Assembly (NCBI RefSeq): GCF_963921235.1
Contig: NC_086102.1
Coordinates: 141,732,001 to 141,796,000 of the forward strand
Length of the DNA stretch: 64,000 bases
Source of the DNA: Mobula hypostoma
Taxonomy: Eukaryota
Direction of reading: 5' to 3'
A program made the position numbers and the translations under genes. Each line of letters starts with the position of its first letter. Position 1 is the first letter of the stretch. The notes under the pieces are model-generated. The model was given only the letters and a program-made list of their open reading frames with translations. It was not told the DNA's origin and did not search any database. Below are positions 1-12,170 of this stretch, piece by piece.

Positions 1-174
1 TGTTGTTTGGCTGGAATTCTTTCCTTTGTTCTGACAATATTCTCAAACATTTCCAAAACTTTCCCCTGCTTTGAACTATGTGCTCAGATCTATGACTGAA
101 AAAAGTTATGTTTCATTTATTTCTATTATTAGGATGCATGTTGTGTCTGTGGAGGGTGGCACCTCAGGTGAAGG

Positions 175-266
175 GGCTTGTTGTGTCCATTCTGAGGCAG
201 CTTTCTCTCCTTTGGTCTCCGGCTTGTTGTGTCCATTCTGAGGCAGCTCTCTCTCCTCTGGTCTCC
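175..266 (+). repeat. 46-bp tandem duplication
   Basis: ggcttgttgtgtccattctgaggcagct(t/c)tctctcct(t/c)tggtctcc occurs at 175-220 and 221-266; the paralogous repeats have a single copy. Confidence 0.9.
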
Positions 267-2569
267 ATTCGACACGCAGCACTCACCTGTGGCCTCAAGT
301 AGCTGTTTGCAAGTGGCACAGGCCACACCGCTTCAACAGGCAGACTAAACCAGGTGAGGGTGGCCAGTGGGCCTCATACCCGGTGAGGTTAGAGTCACGC
401 CTGTCCTAGCGTGCACAGTCAGCTGACAGACTGACAGATGAAACTAACAGTGTGATTCAATGGCCTGGAAGGTGGATCTGCAACACTTTGTGGAGAGTAA
501 AAAGCATGATGAGGCACAGGAGAAGTCATGGTCATCCACTGCAACCAAGGCAGACCCCAGTTGTGATGACGACTCCTACCACCGCACCTGGACTTCTGAG
601 GTCGAAAGTGTGGAAGACCCCCAGTGCAGAAGCTTTTCCACTTTAAAAACTCTCCCATACTGGTGACTTCATGCAGTTTACACAACAGAAGAATTGCACA
701 AATCCAACTGTCATTGATCGATATGACAGGCAGACAAGAATCAATCATTAGTCATTCATGTAATCACTTGAAATGTGTCTTTGGAAGCAAGTGAAGTCCA
801 TTTCATTTAACCTGCTGATCACATATAATTGATTTGGTACCTTCATTACTTAAATTTTGATTGATTGATAAATGAAGTGCGATTGTTTCTTTTGTGAAAA
901 CATTCTCCAAAGCCCAATCATTATCAGCTGCTGCATCTTAACAGAATAGTGATGTGATGTTCAATGCTCTGATGTTGAACTGCTTGTGTTTGTTTTGTTT
1001 TCTGTCCAGCTGTGCACTGGCAACAACTGAATTGAGGTGCAGAGGAATGACAGGGTCACATGTAGAGACAGAAACAAGAGTTTATACATTGGAATTCCAA
1101 CAGAACATTGGTAGCTCAACTGTGTGACACTGTGAGACAAATCATTCTCAGAACAAGAACCCACGATAAGCGTGAATTGGGAATCTGCTTTAAATAATCA
1201 CAGTATGTGCAAAACCCATACCAGCCAAAATAAACTTGACATGATTAAACCTGAAAGCACAAGGGCTTACTGACTGGTTAAGACAACAATTATCAAATGC
1301 AGGTGCTTAAGAAATCTCAGAGGCCAATGCTCTACTCCTCGCCGCACAGGCCTGCATGGATCATGACAAGACAAGGCTGGTAAACTCGAGACAGTCCTGG
1401 TGCTTTTGAGACGGGACTGGTAAACTTGGGAACACTCAATAACGTGGGAGACTGAGCAAACCTTGTCAACCAACAGAATCCTGGAAAAAGTCTTGAAGAT
1501 AGAAGGAGAAACTCAGAACGTAGATTCAGGACATGTACTGATTACGGAAGGCACCCTCATCTCCAGACAGCATTTCAGAGAGCACTGAAGCTCTCTTGGT
1601 GCTCTGTAAAGTATTGTTTCCTTGAGTTACATCGCAGCAAACAGTGTTTGCGTGGTGTTTGTTGGGACAGGTCTTTTCACATTGCCCTCTTTGTCACTGC
1701 AAATATGTTTCAGAAGTCTATTCTGTGAAAGAAGTTTTGGATCCTAAGAGTTTGTGAATTGCTATAAGAAGTGTAGAAACTTCCCTAGAGTTAGCAATAA
1801 CTTGAGTAGGTGGATGTCTTGATGCCTTCTGAGGCATCTATGATGGTCCCATTGAGCTCTGTTGAAGATTTTTTTTCTGACTATCTTCCTTACTACATCA
1901 GCCTCTTTCATTAACGATTCTTCCTGTCCTGGTTTTTCCTTCTTCATTAGGATAAATCTATCAAATTCCATACTCAATGCTATAATGAGGTCCTGTGGCT
2001 AAAAGGTTCAGTCCACAGTTAGTACTGCTGCTTCACAACTGCAGGGATGCAGGTTCAACCCTGACCTCATGTGTGGAGTGTGTGTATTGAGCCAATGACT
2101 GTGTAGCTTTCCTGTGCTCTAGTTTATCGGGGCTTGAAGCTATAAGAGACCCAAAGGAGCAATTGGACTAAAAAAGATCTTGTGAATTTGAGGGTTTCTG
2201 AGGTTGGAGGGTATATCTGATTGAATGATTAGCTTAATTTGTTACATTTGAAATATTGAAACATACAGTGAAATGCATCATTTGCGACAACGACCAGCGT
2301 AGTCCAGGATGTGCTCTAGTCTGTTTGCAGGTGTTGTCACGCCTCCAGTGGCAGCATAGCACACCCACAACTCACTCATCCGTACGTCTATGTAATGTGG
2401 GAGGAAACCAGAGCACCAGGAGGAAACCCCTGGAGAAAAGCCCCGGGACATGCGGAGAAGGTACGGACTACTTACAGACAGCTTGGGAATTGAACCCCAA
2501 TCGCTAACTGCTACACTACCGTGCTGCCACAATGTCTGCTACTGGATATTAAAAGACATCTTGCTGAAA

Positions 2570-2881
2570 CATCTCTATGACAGACACAATCTTGGACCCC
2601 ACAAAGAGCCAGATTCAATAGCTCGGGTGTTTGCACCTTCTCTCTCCTCTCTCATCGCTTTCCTCTGGGTGTCTTAATTTCCTTCCAGATTCAAAAGCTG
2701 TGCAGATTGGTATGTTAATGGCTCATTCCAAACTGACCTTGGTGTGCAAATTAGTGGTGAAATCGAGGAGTTGATGAGAATGTGGGGAGAATAAAAATAC
2801 TGGGATTAATTTAGGATTTGTGTACATGGATGGTTGATGGTTTGCATGGACCGAAAATTCTGTTCTGTGACTGTGACTCTA
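2570..2881 (+). mobile_element. V-SINE/HE1-like SINE just upstream of the promoter (paralogues ~15590-15890, ~32050-32368, truncated ~53540-53725)
   Basis: Decayed core (gtttgcaccttctc...tttcctctgggtg...tttcctcccacatc) and CR1-like tail (gagaatgtggggagaataaaa...gggtggttgatggt...ggcc). Family assignment is from recall; boundaries are approximate. Confidence 0.6.
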
Positions 2882-2993
2882 CGTCATGTCTGGGTATTGA
2901 GACTTCATTTGAAACTCTAGAATGATCCCTAGCATAGAATGAAAAAGGCTGATTTCCTGCATTTTAGAATTAAATTGCCTTCTGCAAAACAAA

Positions 2994-3139
2994 AACAATC
3001 ACTGGATCATTGACACGTCTCGTATCCTCAGGTGCTTTTTCAGCATTCACGGGACATATGTTGTTTCTGCTGACCTCAGGTTTGCATCATTTACATTACA
3101 AAGGCCTTGCTGTAAATGCCTTTCTGCCCAGTATATAAA
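2994..3139 (+). promoter_or_regulatory. Gene 1 proximal promoter: Sox-like AACAAT, MARE-like sites, TATA box
   Basis: AACAAT 2994-2999; TGCTTTTTCAGCA 3033-3045; TGCTGACCTCAGG 3068-3080 (Maf half-site with T-rich 5' flank); TATATAAA 3132-3139. Sox and large-Maf control of gamma-crystallins is established; function of these particular sites is inferred. Confidence 0.7.
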
Positions 3140-3189
3140 TACCCAGTTACAGTTACATGTAGTCAGTTGGTTATTGACCGTACACCACA

Positions 3190-5403
3190 ATGGGAAAGGT
3201 AAGACCACTTTTCATTTTGTGAACTATATTGTAACCATCATTTGTCCTCAGTCTGATTTAAGCTATTTATTTCTTCCCACAGATCATCTTCTACGAGGAC
3301 AGGAACTTCCAGGGTCGGCACTATGAGTGCAGCTCCGACTGTGCCGACCTCTCCCCTTACTTCAGCCGCTGTAACTCCATCCGTGTTGACAGTGACTGGT
3401 GGGTGTTGTACGAGAGACCCAACTACCTGGGATACCAGTATGTCCTGAGCAGGGGAGAGTATCCTGACTACCAGCGCTGGATGGGATTCAATGACTGTGT
3501 CAGGTCCTGTCGCAGTTACCCACCTGTAAGTTGCTGTTGGTGACTGAGATATTCCAAGCCACTTGACACACTGCTAGAAAATGGCTGACATTTGCAATAA
3601 TTACACTTGTGCACAAGCTCGTTCTCTGAAATGTTATACTGATGTGAATGCTAGAGTTAGCTGCTGGCATTTGGGGCCAAGTTTGGAGTCAGTAAATAAT
3701 TGTTAAAGGAGTCAACAGAAATGAAGTTGGTACAGGAAACGAGTGAATCTGGTGTGAAGGATGAATGTCCGATTGCTTTTGACAGATGGAACTGTATCCG
3801 TGATTGTGAGGGCACTGGGTAAAGAATCGGAATCAGAATCAGGTTAATTATCACTGGCGTATGCATCACTGGCTTTTTATGCTGAAACTACATTAACGTC
3901 TACGCACAACATGCTGGAGGAACTCAACCAGTCAGGCAGCGTTTGTCAGGCCTGATAAACGGCGGCAAACTGAAATGTTGTCTCCACAGATACTGCCTGA
4001 CCCCTTGAGTTCCTCCAGCATCTTGTGTGCTGATCCAGATTCCAGAAACTGGCCTGCCTTGTGTGCTTCTTATTAAAGTCTAATTGGGCACATTGAATAT
4101 TTGGTCAGTTTGTTCAGGTTTAATATAATCACTTATACATTTATAGCACCTGGTCATTGATGGCTCAGACCTCTATAAAATTAAAATCATAAAACTGTTG
4201 CATAATTTCAGAGAGCCACTGTGAAGTTAAAGCATGGAATGAGGCTGTTTGGCCCATTGAATCCATGTTAGTTCAATGTTAAAGCAATCTGTCCTCTCCC
4301 ATATTTTGCAAATTCTTTCAAGATCAGCTGGTTCAATTTTTTCAGGTAACGAGAACGAATAAAGTAAGTCAGCCTCCAAGTGATACTTAGGTTGACGTGA
4401 GAGATGGCTGTGTAATTGTTTACAAGAATCACACGCTGTGTAGAGTTTATTTATGGCTCTGGCAGAGGGGAAGTGAGGAATGAAGAATCTGAAAATGATC
4501 AGATCAATTTGCATTATTTTTTATATTAGCAAGTCAATTGATTTGCAGACACAGATCAGCACCTACTGTAAGTACATTTACCATGATGCTTTTACACAAG
4601 TTTTACATTAATTGCATCATTTTATCTCTTGTGGAACTAAATTCTGTAAACTTTGTTCCTTTGGTAATACTATCTTCAGAAACCCAGAGGAAGCTCTTCA
4701 AAAAGGTATTATACCTTATAAATATGCAAAAGATGCATCTGATTCAGAAACGTATTCATGACATTCTTTCTGTCATACATGCTTTCATGTGATTATGTTG
4801 AGGATGCATTAAAATATCTTTCGTTTGATCAACTACCAATTTTTATTATTTTTAGAGAATCATGAAATTGTATGGTTCTTCATTGTCTCCTGTAGGAACA
4901 ATGAACTACATCAATCTTAAATCATGATTTTTCTATAGCGAACAGCCCTCAATGTAGAGATACATTTTCTGCATGTTATTTCATTAGGAATAGTCTTGAA
5001 ATATAATTAATTATTGAAGATACTGAGGCTGGGTACCACTGCATCTATCTGTAATATCTATGTTAATTAGATACATTTTTGACATGATTATACTGTATTA
5101 AGGATGCATTAAAATCCTTTATTCTAGTACCGAGGAGGCACCTACAGGATGAAGATTTACGAGAGGCCTGACTTTGGAGGGCAAATGATGGAATTCATGG
5201 ATGACTGTCCCTCTGTCTACGATCGTTTCCGTTATCGTGACATCCACTCCTGTCAGGTGATGGATGGCTACTGGATCTTCTATGAACATCCCAACTACAG
5301 AGGCCGACAGTACTTCCTGAGACCCAGGGAATACAGGAGATACAGTGACTGGGGCGGCTGCAACTCAACCGTTGGGTCCTTCAGACAAATGAGGGACTTC
5401 TAG
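3190..5403 (+). CDS. CRYG: Gamma-crystallin, gene 1 (exons 3190-3198, 3283-3525, 5128-5403; 175 aa)
   Basis: Typical gamma-crystallin structure. Exon 1 is 9 bp (ATG GGA AAG|gtaaga), intron 1 is 84 bp ending cccacag. Exon 2 (243 bp) reads [81 protein letters not shown]|gtaagt. Exon 3 follows ttctag and reads [23 protein letters not shown]...GSFRQMRDF*. Four Greek-key motifs; AATAAA at 5450-5455. The symbol is family-level only. Confidence 0.96.
3903..4029 (+). repeat. Penelope pLTR-derived fold-back element in intron 2 (paralogues ~16907-17033, ~33390-33510, ~54750-54875)
   Basis: Inverted arms atgctggaggaactca..gtcaggcag / ctgcctgac..tgagttcctccagcat enclose a decayed hammerhead (CTGATAA...GAAATGTTG). 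Confidence 0.7.
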
Positions 5404-7514
5404 TTGGCTGTCAATAGCCAGTATATTATTCTGAGAACATGTTTCGGAAAATAAATACCCTTTGCAAGCCCATTGTCATTGTAATTCATTTATTTTGATG
5501 TGGTTATAACATTGTGTAAAACATACAAAATAGCATTAGTACCTGATTTCTGTGTGGAGGCTTTGACCCACATTGACCTTAACTCAGGATTATTTCTCAT
5601 CTTAGCTTCTATCATAGTGGAGATAAATTTTACCCAGTGGCATGCTGAATATGTGATTCATTATTGATCAGGCCATCTTTTCCAATTAAGAGGATAGTGA
5701 TAAATTATTGCACCTTTGTAGATTCCTGCTCTTATAGAGAGATACAATCTGGAAACAAGCCCTTTGGCCCACTGAGTCAGTGCTGAACATCAACTACCCA
5801 CTTACACTAATCCTTCATTGATCCCATTTTTAAAATATCCACATATTTCCCCCGAATTGTAGTCACCTACACACAAGGGACAACATATACTGGCTGATTT
5901 AGCTACCATACAGCTCAGCTCTCAGATCTAGAAGGAAACGAGAGCACATAGAGAAAACCAGAGCTCACAGTGAGAATATGCAAACCCGATATAGACATCA
6001 CATTAAGTTGCTGACGTTGTGAAGCAGTGCTTCCACCAGGTACACCACTGCATTGCCTCTTCCCACATTTTGTAAACTGGATACATACCCTTCATGTTTG
6101 CATTTGTTGTTTTTGAGACATTTACAGACTAAAGGATAAAGGTCCCATTAATTCCGTTGGTGAGTACACTTGTCACAATCTATGAATTGGAGAGACTCCA
6201 TTTTCCATAATAATGTTTCCTTCCCAATCAACCTGCAACCATGTTACAAGGGTACTTCAAATTTCAAGCAATTTTATTTGGATTATAATTTGTGAAGGAT
6301 AAATGCAGTTTGGAAGCTTAGATTGACACCTGTCCATCATGCAAGTGATCTTGAACTGTAAGACAGAAGGAAGGTAGCCAGTATAAACAAATGGAAGAAA
6401 GGACTAGAGCAAGGTGAAGGGATGAATGAATGCTGTGAATGGTGATGGGGGGTGTTCGAAATCATTCAGAAAGTTAAAGAGTGAAAACAATAGGAATAGT
6501 GACAGGCGTAACCCGATTGTGAAGAAGATAGATCTCCAACTAGAGACAGAGCAGGAGAAAATGGAAAACATCCCGAAGTGAAGATCTGTTATCTAAACAC
6601 ACAAAGTATCTCTCTGTCATCCCTCCCTTATCACCTTACTGTACTTCCTGCTCAGATTTCAGCATCTGCAGAATTTTGTATCTCAACATAGAGTTTCACA
6701 TTCCATCTTCTGTCTCTCCCTCCTGGATCCACCTTTCCTTATCTCCCCCTCTCTCCTTATCTGTTTATATGTATCACCCACAAGCTGCTCTCTTGCAACC
6801 TCCGCCCTGACCTTCCCGTACATGGTTCCATCATCCCTTTTCCCTCCTCCTGTCACCTATTGCCTACCAGCCCCTGCTTCACCTCACCCCCTTAGCTTTT
6901 CTTACCGGCTATCTCTCCTTTGCATTCTCATTCCTGGTGCAGTGTCTTGATCCAAAACATTGGCCACCCTTTTACCTCCACAGGAAGCCCCAACACCCAA
7001 CCAGTCAATGTTAAATCAACAACTTCCCTCTGTGAACTTCTTCAGGAGTTGGACAGGAAATACTGAAGTCAGTATTAAATGCACATCAGGCATGTATACT
7101 GGGAGACCTGATTACTATGTCAGTAGTTAACGTGAAGACAGGCCTGATTTGCAGCCTCCGAATGCTGAACTAAGAAATCTGAGGTGCCAGTTCATCAGCG
7201 AAGTCAAGATGAATCCAACAGAAAGCAGTGGACAGAAAGTAAATATATTTGTATAGTGCATCGACTGAAGCCTATAAGAACCAGCAATCAAAACTGCAAA
7301 TTGTGAAAAAAACCTTTGCCTCTGCAGATGCTGCTTGACCCTTTGAGTTCCTGTAGTAGTTTGTTGTTTACTGAAGAAAGTGGATGAGTTCGGGAGAAGT
7401 GAAGAAAGAGCAAAGGACAGAAACATTGGTCGGAATCATTTCAGTGTGGGGCCAATTGAAGTATGCACTCAGAGATATAACTGAAAATGCTTCTTTTATT
7501 TCTATTATTAGAGT

Positions 7515-8000
7515 GTATGTGATGTCCAGGGAGGGTACCTCCTCTGGTGAACGCGCTTGTTGTGTCCATTCTGAGGCAGCTCTCTCTCCTTTGGTCTCCA
7601 CTGGACACGCAGCACTCACCTGTGTCTCAAAGTAGCTGTCTGCATGTGGCACAGGCCACACACCTGTACACCGCTTCGACAGGCAGACTAAACCAGGAGA
7701 GGGTAGCCCGCGGGCCTCACACCCGGTGAGATTAGGGTCACGCCTGTCCTAGCAGGCACAGTCAGCTCCAACAGACCGGACAGATGAAACTAACAGTGTG
7801 ATCCAATGGCCAGGAAGGTGGTTCTACAAAACATTGAGAGAAAAAAGGGCATGACAAATCATAGAAGAAGTCATGGTCATCCACTGCAACCAAAGTACAT
7901 CCCTTGTGATGACTACTCAGACTACTGGACCTGGACTTCCGCAGTCAAGATTGTGAACTGTCTCAGTGCCTTTCCACTTTAAAAACTCTCCCATACAGGT
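7515..8000 (+). repeat. ~480-bp interspersed repeat present once per duplication unit (also ~135-665, ~21360-21785, ~51490-51790); resembles an RTE-derived non-autonomous element
   Basis: Four colinear copies (tgtccattctgaggcagc...caggcagactaaaccaggtgagggtagc...ttccactttaaaaactctccc). The family assignment is an inference. Confidence 0.6.
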
Positions 8001-8571
8001 GACTTAATGTAGTTCATACAACGGAAAAACTGCACAAATCCATCAGTCACTAACGGATAAAGAATCAATCATTAGCAATCCATATAATTGTTTGAAATAT
8101 GTCTGTGGAGCAGGTGAAGTCCATTTCATTTACCCTGCTGATCACATATAATGCATTTGGTAACTTCATGACTTAATTTTTGATTGATCAATAAACTAAG
8201 TGCAATTGTGCTTTTGAGAAAACATTCTCCAAAGCCCAATCATTTCTGCAGTTGCATCAATGACCTTCCTTGCACTTTAAAGTCAGAAGTTGGGATGTTT
8301 TCAGACGTTTGCACAATTTTCAATTCCACCTGCTACTGCTCAGCAAACTCCAAGCCCATATGCAGCAAGATCAAGATAATATTCAGGCCAGACCAGAGAG
8401 AATCTCTCATCTCTCCCCAACATTCAATGGCATTACCATTGCTGAGGTCCACACCATCGACATTCTGGGGAGTAGGGGAGGGAAGACATCATTTTCTACA
8501 AATTCAACTGGATTGACCACAGAGATACATGCATTACAGTTAGTGTTTGGTCAGAGTTTAGGTATCCTGTG

Positions 8572-10524
8572 GTGAGGATGCTACTTATCAATTAGAGCTT
8601 AGCATTCAATAGCGTCATCCCCTCCAAACTAATCAATAAGCTCCAAGGCGTTGGCTTCAATTCCTGCTTATGCAATTGGATCCTAGATTTTCTTACTTGT
8701 AGACCCCAGTCAGTTTAGATTGGCAACAAGATCTCCTCCACAAATGCACTACAGAGCTGTATGTTTAGCTCTCTGGTCTACCTGCATTACACTAGTGACT
8801 CTATGGCTAAGCACAGCTCCAATGCCATATTCAGGTTTGCTGACAACACTACAGTCGTTGGCCGAATCAAAGGTGGAGATGAATTCGCATACAGGAGGGA
8901 GACTGAAAATTTGGCTGAGGGGTGTCATAACAGCAACCTTTCACTCAATGTCAGCAAGACCAAGGAACTGATTGTGGAGTTCAGGAGAGGGGAGCCAGGG
9001 GTCCATAAGGCAGTCCTTGTAGGAGGATCAGAGTTGGAGAGGGATCCCTCAACCTGCCTGGGTCATAGAGGTGCTGTACAGATGAGTGCTGCACCAATTT
9101 CCTCCATCTCCCATGGTTGTGGGTGAGTGCCTGGGTTGTAGCAAAGCTCTCTCTGGTCCACTCTGCAATGTTGTCTGCCCACCTCTTCCTCTGTCAGCTC
9201 CTTTCTCTTTTCCACTGCATCAGTCCCTCAAGAATGGTCTATCAGAGCCTACTTGAACTTGTTATGTGGCCAGACCATCTTAGTTCCCTCTTCTTTAGTG
9301 TGGACAGCAGATCTTTGTGGTGTCTCATGTGTTGGGTTCTGCTCCTTTGTACTTTGTCATTTAAGACATGGTCTGTATAGAAGATGACAAGGAGTCTTTT
9401 GAAGCATTTCTTAATGCATGCATTTCTAAATGACAATAAATGAGGACTCAGTGTCCTCGTAATCTAATAATCTAAACCTTCTGAAGTGGACGAGAACTAG
9501 AGATTGTCAAATGGTTAAAGTATCTTGGCACCATTATTAACCAAGAAAGATCAAAGCCCGAAGTCCTTGTAAAGATGGCCCAAACAACAGCAACGCTGGC
9601 TAAACTAAAACCAGTCTGGAGAGATAATAACATCACTCTCAGATCCAAGTTGAAACTCCTGCATGCACTTGTGATGGAGACATCTTCTTGTCTGCTTAAA
9701 ATCCTGGACTTTAACAGCAGAACTGCAAAAGTAGATTCAGGCAATAGAAATGAGATTCTTCAGAACGTCAGGGTTATCAACTTTAAGTTCCTGGTTGTTA
9801 GTATTTCAGAGGACCTGTCTAGGACCCAGCACCTAAGTATAATTGCGAAGCTAGAATGGCAAAACTTCTGCTTCCTTTGGAGTCTGCAGAGATTCGATAT
9901 GACACATAAAACTTTAATGAACTTCTATAGTTGTGTAGTAAAGAGTGTACTGACTGGCTGCAGCATGGCCTGGTATGAAGGCACCTATGCCTTTGAACAG
10001 AAAATCCTAGAAAAAGTAATGGACTCAGCCCAGAATATCACAAAACTGCCCTCCCAACTATTGAGCACATCTACATGATATGTTGTCGTAGGAGAGCAAC
10101 ATCCATTATCATAGATCCCCACAACCCAGGACATGCTCTCTTCTTGCTGTTGTCATCAGGTAAAAGGTACAAGAACCTCATACCACCAAGTTCGAGAATG
10201 GTTACGACTCCTCAACTATCTGGCTCTTGAACAAATGGGATAATGACACTCACTTGCCCATCCATTGAGATATTCCCACAACCAGTGATCTCACTTTAAG
10301 GGTTTTTTTTATCTCATCATCTCATGTTTTTGATATTTATTGCCGTTTATTTGTATTTGCATTTGCAGTTTGTTGTCTTCTCCACTGTGATTAATTTTTC
10401 ATTAATCCTGTTATAGTTACTGTTCTATAGATTTGTTGTATGCACACAGAAAAATGAATCTCAGTGTTATAAATAATATATACCTTGTTTGATTAATAAA
10501 CTTGCTATGAACTTTGAAACTTGA
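8572..10524 (+). mobile_element. Rex1/Babar-type LINE remnant carrying a nested RTE
   Basis: Decayed RT (AKHSSNAIFRFADNTTVVGRI, LSLNVSKTKELIVEFRR); tail aataaacttgctatgaactttgaaacttga; paralogous to 21835-23073. Confidence 0.85.
9044..9769 (-). mobile_element. RTE-clade LINE fragment with inverted 5' part
   Basis: The - strand of 9044-9420 encodes the RTE C-terminus (KCFKRLL...LKKRELRWSGHIT). The + strand of 9475-9769 encodes the adjacent upstream part (KYLGTII...LKPVWRDNNITLRSKLKLLHALV...IEMRFF). Flanked by AGGG on both sides; absent from the paralogous Rex1 copy. Confidence 0.75.
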
Positions 10525-11409
10525 CTCACTTCCTGACACTCCACACTTTTTCTAGGCACATTCTCAAGGCACATCATGATATTCTCCATTTGGCTCGATG
10601 AATGCAGTTCGCTCCAACAGCTCTTATGAAGCTTGACACTGTCAAGGTATCCTTCTTGGTTGGCTCCTTAACAATCATCCGAAATATTCATTCAGAGGAT
10701 TGATGCAAAGTGACAGTGTTGTGTATCATCTACAAAAGTGCACTGCAGATACTTGCCCAGGCTGTTTGGATAATATTTCCTAAAGGACAAGTGAATACTA
10801 CCATCTGTAGCTTCCCCTCCATATTGCATAGCTCACTGATTTGGAAACCTATCACTTGTCTTTCATCGCCACTGGATTTAAATCCTGAAACTCCCTGCCA
10901 ACATCTCAGTGGGAGAACTTCACTAGAACGATTGCAAGGTTTTAGAAAAGCTGTTTGTCTTCATTTTCTCCAGGGTATTAAGTGCTGGTCTTGCCAGTAA
11001 CACCAGATCATAAAAATTGAATACATTTTTAAAAAGATATTGCTTGCAAATAATACAGTTAATTTTTTCCAAAAAGTAATGAAATAAATATTGTTTTTCT
11101 CATGCATGAAAATAAATTTTATAGTAGGAACTGTTCCCTGTATTTTTTTGCTGTTGCTCCGTTCAGCAAAAGGTAAACATGAGTATAATGTGTATCTACT
11201 TTTTACACTCATTTAGGATGAAAAATTAAAGGAACATTTCCTAAAAATGCTAAAGTTAAAAATGAATTAATGTGATATTCATTGTTGCTGTGAGGATTGC
11301 TGTGTACAGGATGGCTGTCTGCTCAACAACGAAGTCTCAGTGACTGTGTTGCATAAATAATCCTTTCAGTGTTTTCAGATGATCTTATGGTGCTATATAA
11401 ATGTTCTAA

Positions 11410-12170
11410 TTATTTACATGAAACCCCTTTCTACTGGGCATCCCTAGCTCCTCGCTAACGGCCACTGGACTCCTCAGTGAGAAAACCACCTTTCTCAAAC
11501 TCCGTACATCTCGGCTCGGTATGACTTGAGTCCCACCAAAACCGGGAAGTTGGGATGTCTCAACCACCTGAAGCCCAATCTGTGTGAATATTGTGTAAAT
11601 ATTGCCCTCATGCAATTAGCTGTCAATTATAAAGAAAGTATATTTATGAATGTTAACTTAACCAAACTGTTATTAAAGAAGAAAGAAAAAGGAAAAAACA
11701 TAAGGGTCCATTACAAATAAAATAGTCAAATGTACAGAAGGTTGGAGCTCAGATCTTCCAAAAGTTGGATATATCCGTTTTACTTATGGTGCCGACTCCT
11801 GTTCAGTGATCACCAGTAGAATTTCCCATCCTGGACTCCACTGAATCGCACTTTCCTTTTGGATTGAATCCTACGGCTGGTACTCTCGAACTTCTTCCCT
11901 CTCCATTTCACAATGAAAAGACCTCGACCTATCCCACTGTCCATCACAAAACCTCTCCGCCCAGCTTACTGTAGAAACTTTTCCCAAATTCGTCATCCTA
12001 ATTGGCTGACTCGACATTCCTAAACTGAATATCACAACCACTTATCTTTAACGGTAAGCCAAACCCTACCAGCAGAACACATTGCTTCTACAGAAAGCCA
12101 TTTTCTAAAAAAGCCATCTACAAAAGCCTTCTACAAAAGTCATTTTGTAGGGTAGTTCATACCCTACAAA
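11410..12170. mobile_element. Unclassified insertion, possibly a decayed solo LTR
   Basis: Absent from the paralogous flank (27110-27430). Ends in short ctacaaaagcc repeats and a perfect 11-bp hairpin at 12144-12170. Confidence 0.35.

Larger units (their letters stand above)
8250..11010 (+). mobile_element. Ancient CR1/L2-like remnant hosting the Rex1 insertion (paralogous pieces at ~23074-23570 and ~52790-53250)
   Basis: Decayed RT-like INDLPCTLKSEVGMFSDVCTIF at 8250-8330; the sequence resumes after the Rex1 tail. Boundaries are approximate. Confidence 0.5.

Noticed and set aside
2912-2924. Heat-shock element (HSF4 site) at ctctagaat
   Set aside because: Only gene 4 has TTCnnGAA, and no copy has three correctly spaced nGAAn units.
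7562-7697. Possible HDV-like ribozyme in the RTE-like repeat (GTGTCCA...TGGACAC as P1, TTTGGT/ACCAGG as P2, ACTAA as J4/2)
   Set aside because: Only 6 nt lie between the candidate P2 and P1' strands, so P3, L3 and P1.1 cannot form, and the pairing is not kept in all four copies. A covariance-model search on the family consensus would be needed.
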